From: Octopus bimaculoides
Lineage: Eukaryota
Assembly: GCF_001194135.2 (NCBI RefSeq)
Contig: NC_069004.1
Coordinates: forward strand, 10,918,104-10,974,361
Length of the DNA stretch: 56,258 nt
Direction of reading: 5' to 3'
Position 1 is the first letter of the stretch, and every line of letters begins with the position of its first letter. Of the stretch, positions 48,139 through 56,258 are shown piece by piece. The notes beneath the pieces were generated by a model. The model was not told the DNA's origin and ran no database searches. It saw only the letters and a list, made by a program, of their open reading frames with translations. The position numbers and the translations under genes were made by a program.

Positions 48139-48327
48139 TACGAGGGGCTGCTGAAAAGTTCCTTGCCTTGGCACAGGAAGATCAGTTAATTACGATTTTA
48201 TTCAACGTGTTTCCCTCTCAGATTCACACATCGTCGCAGTCCTTCAGTTTTTCCTTTGAAGGTTGGGCCTCCAGCCAGGCCTTTCGCGACACCCTTAAAG
48301 CCAGGAAGTTTTCAGCATCCCTTCCTA
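48139..48327. mobile_element. Mariner-type MITE with TA target duplication
   Basis: Left end TA-CGAGGGGCTGCTGAAAAGTTCCT; right end AGGAAGTTTTCAGCATCCCTTCC-TA (inverted, with several mismatches). Confidence 0.8.
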
Positions 48328-48730
48328 CATGCACCAGCACGGTAGCACCTCCGCCACCCTTATTATCCTAGTATATATTCATCCCCACCACTTCCACTAC
48401 ACTTATACCACTCATTACCATGAACACCGGAACTACCATCCCTACCACCATCAGCTCTACTACTACTACCGTTACATTAGCATCGTTATCACCGTAACTA
48501 CCACTACTACTACCGCCATCACAGCCATTATCAACGTCATCGCCACTACCACTACCACCACAACCTATACTACTACAACCATCACAACTACGAGTATCAT
48601 TATCATCACCATCGTAACTAGCACACGCACCACCACCATTGCCACTACAGCCTTTGACTACTACAACCACCACCACAACCACAACCACCATTACCACTGC
48701 AACCATAACCAACAACAACACCATCGTAAT

Positions 48731-48766
<36 letters not shown>

Positions 48767-49468
48767 CAGCATCGCCACCACCGCCACCATTATTAAGCAT
48801 ATTCCAATCAATGATAAGCCAGGTAATAATCTGTCATGCCAGGCATTGTGCGGTATTGATGATAATTTTTATCGATTGGTTACGTCACATGAACTGCAGC
48901 AGTCATTACTACTGCAGTTCATGCTGCTGTTGCTGCCACTGTTACTGCTGCAGTTGCTGCTACCTCTGTTACTGCAGCAGTTGTTGCCGCTGCAGTCACG
49001 AGATGGTCACTGTTGGAAGGCTGTTGATCAAAAGTTTTATAGGTCCGGATTTGACCTAGGGCTGAACAAAAGACATGAACCACCACCACCACCACCTCAT
49101 CGATAACAGCAACAAAGCCAACATCATTGAAGCAAAAACAACAACACAAACAACAGAAAAAAAACCATGAATAATGTCAGTCACCACCACCACCACCGTT
49201 ATCAACAATAACAACGTCACTACAAACAACATCAATGCCACTACTGACCACCACCACCGATAGGTGTGTCTAAATGTAATTTCAAGAGATCTTCTGTCTC
49301 CTCCGGGCAATACCTTTACACTAGACGTTGTTGTTATTACATGCATTCCATTAATCACCCTCTCTCTATCCCTCTTAATACTGTGTCTATATTTTTCCTC
49401 AATAAACATCAATCATTTGTCTACCATTCGAGTTAGATCTATCTATCCATCCATCTATCGGATGTGCT

Positions 49469-49526
<58 letters not shown>

Positions 49527-49949
49527 TAGATATGATGCAAACAGGAAAAGTAGAACTCAATTTAAGTAAATGTATATTTTTATTAATATTATTAATATTT
49601 TGCCAACGCACGAAATTCTCGGACCTTGAATCACTCTTACTTCTGATTACACACACACACACACTTAGCTATTCATTTATTATTTTGCTTGTTTCAGTTA
49701 TTGGACTGCGGCCATACCCGNNNNNNNNNNNNNNNNNNNNNNNNNNNNNNNNNNNNNNNNNNNNNNNNNNNNNNNNNNNNNNNNNNNNNNNNNNNNNNNN
49801 NNNNNNNNNNNNNNNNNNNNNNNNNNNNNNNNNNNNNNNNNNNNNNNNNNNNNNNNNNNNNNNNNNNNNNNNNNNNNNNNNNNNNNNNNNNNNNNNNNNN
49901 NNNNNNNNNNNNNNNNNNNNNNNNNNNNNNNNNNNNNNNNNNNNNNNNN

Positions 49950-49991
<42 letters not shown>

Positions 49992-50880
49992 CATATCGCA
50001 GTATATTTGTATCAGTCTGTGAACTACGCTCCCCTCCCATTATGAAAATGTTTTTTGCATGTGTGTGTGTGCGTTTCTTTGTTTGCATACACACATATTA
50101 TATTGATATATGTAATCTAATAATATAGAATTTATGTGTATATATGTATTTGCAATCTCTCGCTCATACTTGTCTAACTCTCCATCGTAGTCATTTTCTA
50201 ATATTCCACTTCCTAAGATATATATATATATGATAATTATTATTTTTAATTCTATATTCAATAGTATATGTGTGTGTGTGTGTGTGTGTAGCACAATAAC
50301 TATCGATTATGTTTAATAACTCACTCTAACACGTATAAACACCTGCTCTTTAGCTCTCTCAATACATACACACATCTATTCTTCAGTGCATCGATGCCAC
50401 CCTGAATCAACATCCACTCCACCCCGTTATGTAATGAAGTTAGACTGTCGGACATTTCTGTCATCGACCGCTGACTGGTGAATATAACATCATCTACGGA
50501 CCCGGTGCAACCTTCATCCATCAACACATCGCCTTCATAACCAACCAGCCTCAAAATATATTTCACTGAGACACAAACAACACGATTTTCTTTGTTTTTT
50601 TTTTTAGCTCTAATCCATCTCTGTTGTCCGATCTAACATTGTATTCTAACTTTGACTGCACGCATATTGGAGATATCTTCACTATCCGAGACCCAGTCCT
50701 CTCTCTTTCTCTCTTTTAGTTGGACGTTACCAATAACGACCAAGGCTACTAACTACACTAGTACAAAATTTCTTTTTCCCAAATCCTTTAAATTCATTGA
50801 CCGACTTCACCGATCTCCGAACTTCTCCAGCCAGGTGAAATTATCCAAGTACCTTTCTCAAGTCGTCATCCTTCGCGATT

Positions 50881-50926
<46 letters not shown>

Positions 50927-51259
50927 CGTGCGTGCGTGCGTGCGTGCGTGTGTGTGTATTTTCATAATTATAGAGAGTACACGAAGCACCAACTTGCTAG
51001 AAAGATTAAGTAAAATCCCCCAACTTAACCACCAATCTCACTGAAAATACGCAACGGACCAACAGAAATCTGGCAAACGAGCGGAATTTAATATACCATC
51101 TCAGCCAAAAAGCCGTCGAGTGAGGTAGCAGATATACCTGGATCATGATTTCGAATTTTGGCTAGTACCTCATTTCTTCTCAGCAGGTCTTGCTGTACCT
51201 AAAATAAAAAAATCCATCTCGCCTCCTTGTAATCCGTTACGCTTTGAATAGTCTCGCGC

Positions 51260-51770
51260 CAAATTCAAAATTTCAGTGAGCGACAAAGTGCAGACGACTG
51301 GCTGGATGGATTCTGAGAACATTCAGAACCAGAGATAAGAAAACCATGATGGTCCTCTGAAGGACATTCGTCCTCAGCCGCCTGGATTACTGCTCCCAGC
51401 TATGGTTACTCAACAGTGTAAAATTAACAGCGGACCTTGAAGCAATCCAGAGAAGATTCACAAAGAAGATTGTCTCTTTGCAACTGCTCAGCTACTGGGA
51501 AAGGCTGAAACANNNNNNNNNNGAAGATTGTCTCTTTGCAACTGCTCAGCTACTGGGAAAGGCTGAAACAGCTAAGACTCTACTCCCTGGAGAGAAGGTG
51601 GGAGAGGTATGCAGTAATATACTCAGGAAGATCCTGGAAGGAATTGTGCTAAGCTACACCAATGCCAGAACGGGTCGACACTGCATAGTGCCAAAGATCC
51701 CAGCAACGCCATCGCGCTTCAGGACCAGTTACTGCAACAGCCTGGGTTTCAGGGGTCCACAGCTTTTTAA
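51260..51770 (+). mobile_element. CR1-type LINE RT C-terminal pseudogene
   Basis: LAGWILRTFRTRDKKTMMVL*RTFVLSRLDYCSQLW...LEAIQRRFTKKI...LSYWERLKQLRLYSLERRWERY...NSLGFRGPQLFN. Confidence 0.9.
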
Positions 51771-51797
51771 TAATAATAATGATAAAAATAATCTGAC

Positions 51798-52675
51798 ATA
51801 GAAAGGTTATATATACAACGAATGGAAGTTGGCAGAGGCCTTATACAGCTAGAAAACTATTACAAAATAACCACCATAGGACTACAAAAATACCTACTTC
51901 AGAAGCAAGGAAAACTAATACAAATAGCCACAAAACACGAGCAAAACCTGAAGTCATGGTACTTAAGAACAATGAAGAAAACGAAGAAACAACAAAAGCT
52001 GTAAAACAACTGAAATCCAAATAAAAACTGGAACAGTAACGGATCATGATAAAATGATGGCAAGAAAATCCCCTTTATGCTAAACTCTAGGTTAAACTAA
52101 ACACAAAAGAAATAGACAAAGCAAAATCCCAACAATGGCTGAGAAGCTCAGGACTCAAATCAGAAACTGAAAGATTTTTAATTGCAGCACAAAACCAGAG
52201 TCTCCCCACCAGAAATTATTAAAAACATTTAACGGAAAGAAACATAACAAGTAACTGCAGAATATGTGGAGATGGAGAAGAAACAATAACTCATATTATC
52301 TCTGGCTGCCCAGTCCTGGATAAGAAGGAATATATTCACTGACACGACAGAGTTGGGATCTATATACACTGGAAGCTATGCCAACACTATGGAATAATAA
52401 CAGAAAAAAGATGGTACAGGCACACCCCAGAAAAAGTCACAGAAAATGAGAAAGCAACCATATTATGGGATACGCCAATACACACAGATATAGAAATTAA
52501 GGCCAATAGGCCGGATATAGTTGTCAGAGATCACCAAGAAAAGAAATGCCTTCTAATCGATATCTCAATACCAACAGATGACAACGTTTCTCTAAAAGAA
52601 ATGGAGAAACTTTAAAATACAAAGACCTGGAAACAGAGGTAACTCGAACGTGGAGTCTATAGACAGAAACAACAA
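51798..52675 (+). mobile_element. R4/Dong-clade non-LTR retrotransposon, 3' coding part (CCHC zinc knuckle plus restriction-like endonuclease)
   Basis: ERLYIQR..VGRGLIQLE...WLRSSGLKSETERFLIAAQNQSLPTRNY...CRICGDGEETITHIISGCP...HDRV..YIHWKLC...WDTPIHTD.EIKANRPDIVV...LIDISIP...KE.EKL*KYKDL, with several stops and frameshifts. Confidence 0.92.
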
Positions 52676-52694
52676 CTACCATAGAGAGATGATT

Positions 52695-52815
52695 TCTTTT
52701 ATTTTTACTCGTTTCAGTCATTGGATTGCGGCCATGTTGGGACACCGCACTCAAGGTTTTAACAAACAAACTGACCCCCAGGACTTATTTTTAATTCTGG
52801 TACTTATTCTATTCG
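52695..52815 (-). mobile_element. SINE family B, 3' tail
   Basis: TTTTACTCGTTTCAGTCATTGGATTGCGGCCATGTTGGG...GGTACTTATTCTATT. Confidence 0.85.
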
Positions 52816-54182
52816 AAAGTAGCATTAATTTTCAAGGTCGTTCAATTTTTCTCAACCGATCAAAAAAAAAAAAAAAGCAATTCTTTTCACCTATTTAACA
52901 ATCTGCCAACCAATGAAAGCATGCTTCAGTGGATTATATTATACTGATGAGGTCAATAATATCGAAAAACGACAACCATTGTCTCCCTTGCCTGCAATTT
53001 AACCCCGAAGTTCTTGAAATTATTTCCCCTTTTTAGAGTCGTTAACAATCACCACCAAGCCTTTGTTTCCTTTCTCCCACATTTCAATTAATTATGCCAT
53101 TTGTATGTGAGCTATTCAGTACATTACACCTGAACTCACGACATTCGATACCCAACAGACACGAAATCTGTTCTGACCGCGTTTTATAATAACGTTACTC
53201 AAATGTAAAAACGTCAAATTTTGAGAAGCAATGGAGTGTGACATATCAGCTTCGAATGAACAAAAGTTACTACAGGACTCTGGTACTCATTTTATCCGGT
53301 TTGTACATCAAAATATATCTAGCAGTTATCTCATCCCGTTTGTACACCGAAACATATCTAAGATTTTACAGCTCCGTCGTACAATCCCTAGCTATATCCA
53401 CCCCCTATCGTAGACACATGAAAGCAGAGAACCTAAAACTCGGAGTAACGACGAAGTAAATGAATAATTATTTTCCTGTTATGTCAGTGTCACCTCTTGT
53501 GTCCAGTCTGCTGCTTCGCTAGACGATCACATCATTTTTACTTTCATTATCGATCTGCCTTCCTCAAAAATCAATCGACGCAACGTGCGAAAATGGCGAC
53601 AATGCTGATCGCTAGCAATAGCAGCAACAGCAGCAGCAGTAGTAGTAGTAATAGTAGTGATAGTACAGGTGATACTGACGGTGGATGTATTAGCAAGTGC
53701 TTACAGTAGCGGTGGAGGTGGTCGTATTAACAACAGCATTAACATCCGTCTTTCTTAAAATCATTATGTGTAGCAGTAGTAGTAGTAGGAGGAGGAGGCG
53801 GAAGAGGAGTAGTGGTCGTGGTCGTACTAGAAGTTGCGCTCATCGCAGTTGTGGTAATAGAGGCTACAATACTAGCTGCAGTTGTGTTTCACTAATATAA
53901 AGGCTACGGCATACATATAAACAAGTGTGCGTGCGTGCGTGCGTGCGTGCGTGTGTGTGTGTACGTACTCTTAACATGTTGCTGGTTTAAGTCACTGGAT
54001 AGCGGTCACTCTAAAGTACCACCATTAAAGTTTTTTTCCACCCCACTTATAGAATATATATATAATAATAATAATACAAAGAATATATATGCATGTATAT
54101 ACACATATATATACATGCTTACATCTACATGTGTATATAGATGTATATCAGGGTACAGAACGTTAGAACAATGAACTACAGA

Positions 54183-54229
<47 letters not shown>

Positions 54230-54451
54230 CATATCGTTACTTGTTTCTATCTACAACCTGCACTATAGATTTTTTTTTTATCAAAATCAATTGATTACTG
54301 ATTTCGGCATTACGACATAAAGGGACGCAACTCGATATATCGGTTTGCACCGGAAAACATTAACACACAAATGGACACACGTGTGCACGCACATGCATAG
54401 AACGTATATATGTGAACATACAAACACGCATACAAACACAGAAATATACAA

Positions 54452-54490
<39 letters not shown>

Positions 54491-55354
54491 NNNNNNNNNN
54501 NNNNNNNNNNNNNNNNNNNNNNNNNNNNNNNNNNNNNNNNNNNNNNNNNNNNNNNNNNNNNNNNNNNNNNNNNNNNNNNNNNNNNNNNNNNNNNNNNNNN
54601 NNNNNNNNNACATGCCTGCGTGTACGAGGGGGACGGAGGGATTGGAACGGGTGTGACATCTTGAGGAGAAAAAATAAACATGAAGAAAGAAAGAAACCTC
54701 AACGTTTTCACTTCTGCTTCCGACTGCGCCTTCCACTCTCACAGTTCTGTTATTTGTTGTTCGTCCTCACGAGATCAACCCTGATTGAGTTAACCTTTGT
54801 CAAAGGCGTTCCAACTACGACCGTCCTGTATGTTTTCCAAACAGTGCATAGAGAACCACATGTCAAATATTTTTTTGAGGGAGACTTGGTGGCTAATACT
54901 AACAGATCGATCGATCAATCACGTTGACGTCTGCCTCGTTGGCTCACTATACAGTGATGCGAGTGGTTTTCCAATAGGGGCCTGCTGTCGTATGTTTGAG
55001 GTTCTTTCCCGAATGATTATTCGGGAAAGGACTTTCTTTGCCGGCGAAACCACCTTTGATTATGCGGGATCTGGGAGTCGTGGAGTCCGTCTCTTTCTTT
55101 AACCACCTCCCTTCCTTTAGTAGGTTCTGTTGTCTTATGGAAGGTCATAATGTTTGACCTTCCACCTTTGACCCCGGTATAGATGGAAAATAGTAGTTAA
55201 GATAGGGTTGGCGATTAGGAAACAGACCCAATTAAGATGGACGGTGAAGATGGTGATGATGAAGGAAGAAGTAGAGAGAAACGAGAAAGAGGTAAAGGGA
55301 ACAACAGATAAAGTTTAGGAGGTAGCAGTGAGGGGGAGAGAGGAAGAATGTGAA

Positions 55355-55389
<35 letters not shown>

Positions 55390-56088
55390 AAGAGAGAAGG
55401 AGATAAGAGAAGGAGATAAGGAAGGGGGTAAAAAAAGAGGAGAGGTGGAAAAAGCGATTTGCAAACAACTTGGAGAAAATTGGAGCGGAATGAGAGGATA
55501 TACAGGAAGAAGGGAAGGAGAAGAAATGTGAAGAGGAGGTAGAAGAAGGTGTGAAAAAGATTAAGAAGAGAAGGAAAAGGTAAAGAACATCAAGGAAGCT
55601 GGGAAGCAAACATAAATAGTGAGAGAGGATTTGGAAATAACAAGCGATAAAGGACAAAATGGAAGGACATAAAGACCGAAGAGCTTATGCTGCCGATGCT
55701 GTTTAATCTCAGAACATACCTATGACCAAAAGTGTTAGAACCAAGACCATTCTATATTGTTTATACCAAGAAAAAACATTGTCTAATATGTTCTTCAAAC
55801 TGATAAGGTGTGCTTTAAGAGATATTTGGCTGCTATTTCTAACCGGTCAAACAACAGAAAATGGATACATGAACTGAAATGTATACGAAGGTAGACGGTA
55901 AAGAAACCAGCGGAGAGTGGAGGGAGAAGTTCGAGGAGAAAGAGATTAAGATAAATGTGGATGTAGCAGACGATAATTGTGAATGCGTGTTTGTGTGTAC
56001 ACAGTCGAAATTTTACTTATCGGTAAGAACGCCAATAAACCGGTGCGTCAGTAAAAAATGCTATCTTTATTTTATCCGTGTTGCACAG

Positions 56089-56130
56089 CCATTCCCGTGT
56101 TGCTTTTGCCATAAAATGCCGCGAAAACCA
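56089..56130 (+). CDS. Candidate 42-nt internal exon of an unidentified gene
   Basis: Acceptor CTATCTTTATTTTATCCGTGTTGCACAG and donor GTAAGT at 56131. The length is divisible by 3 and two phases are open (PFPCCFCHKMPRKP or HSRVAFAIKCREN). No homology is recognised. Confidence 0.35.
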
Positions 56131-56207
56131 GTAAGTAATTGGTCTGCAAGAAGGAAACTAACGACATTAATGTTCACAAGTAAGAGGAGAGGAAACGATG
56201 GAAGAGA

Positions 56208-56258
<51 letters not shown>

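Noticed and set aside
51464-51570. Short direct repeat around the 10-N gap in the CR1 fragment
   Set aside because: An unmerged contig overlap.

Overview
AT-rich animal genomic scaffold from a draft assembly with 13 N-gaps. It is most likely an octopus or other coleoid cephalopod; this rests on my recollection of the SINE repertoire and was not verified by a search. No complete protein-coding gene, rRNA, true tRNA or CRISPR array is supported, and nearly all supplied ORFs are artefacts of N-runs, microsatellites or SINEs. The window is intronic or intergenic and packed with repeats: four tRNA-headed SINE families (about 25 copies), non-LTR remnants (RTE, CR1-like, R4/Dong-like, CRE-like), at least three kinds of Penelope-like element (PLE) remnants, a Tc1 transposase fragment, mariner and hAT-type MITEs, Helitron PIF1-helicase fragments and many microsatellites. 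Two observations stand out. (1) A 213-bp unique fold-back at 20133-20345 has 78-nt arms that align without gaps, and its transitions are strongly one-sided (14 give G.U pairs in the + RNA, 2 in the - RNA), which points to a selected hairpin RNA or an ADAR-hyperedited retrocopy. (2) A tRNA-derived Pol III head is fused to a minimal hammerhead ribozyme. It occurs as a stand-alone unit (22519-22745) and inside the terminal repeat of a Penelope-like element (26315-27125). A few isolated candidate exons are given at low confidence. Coordinates of degenerate repeats are approximate.
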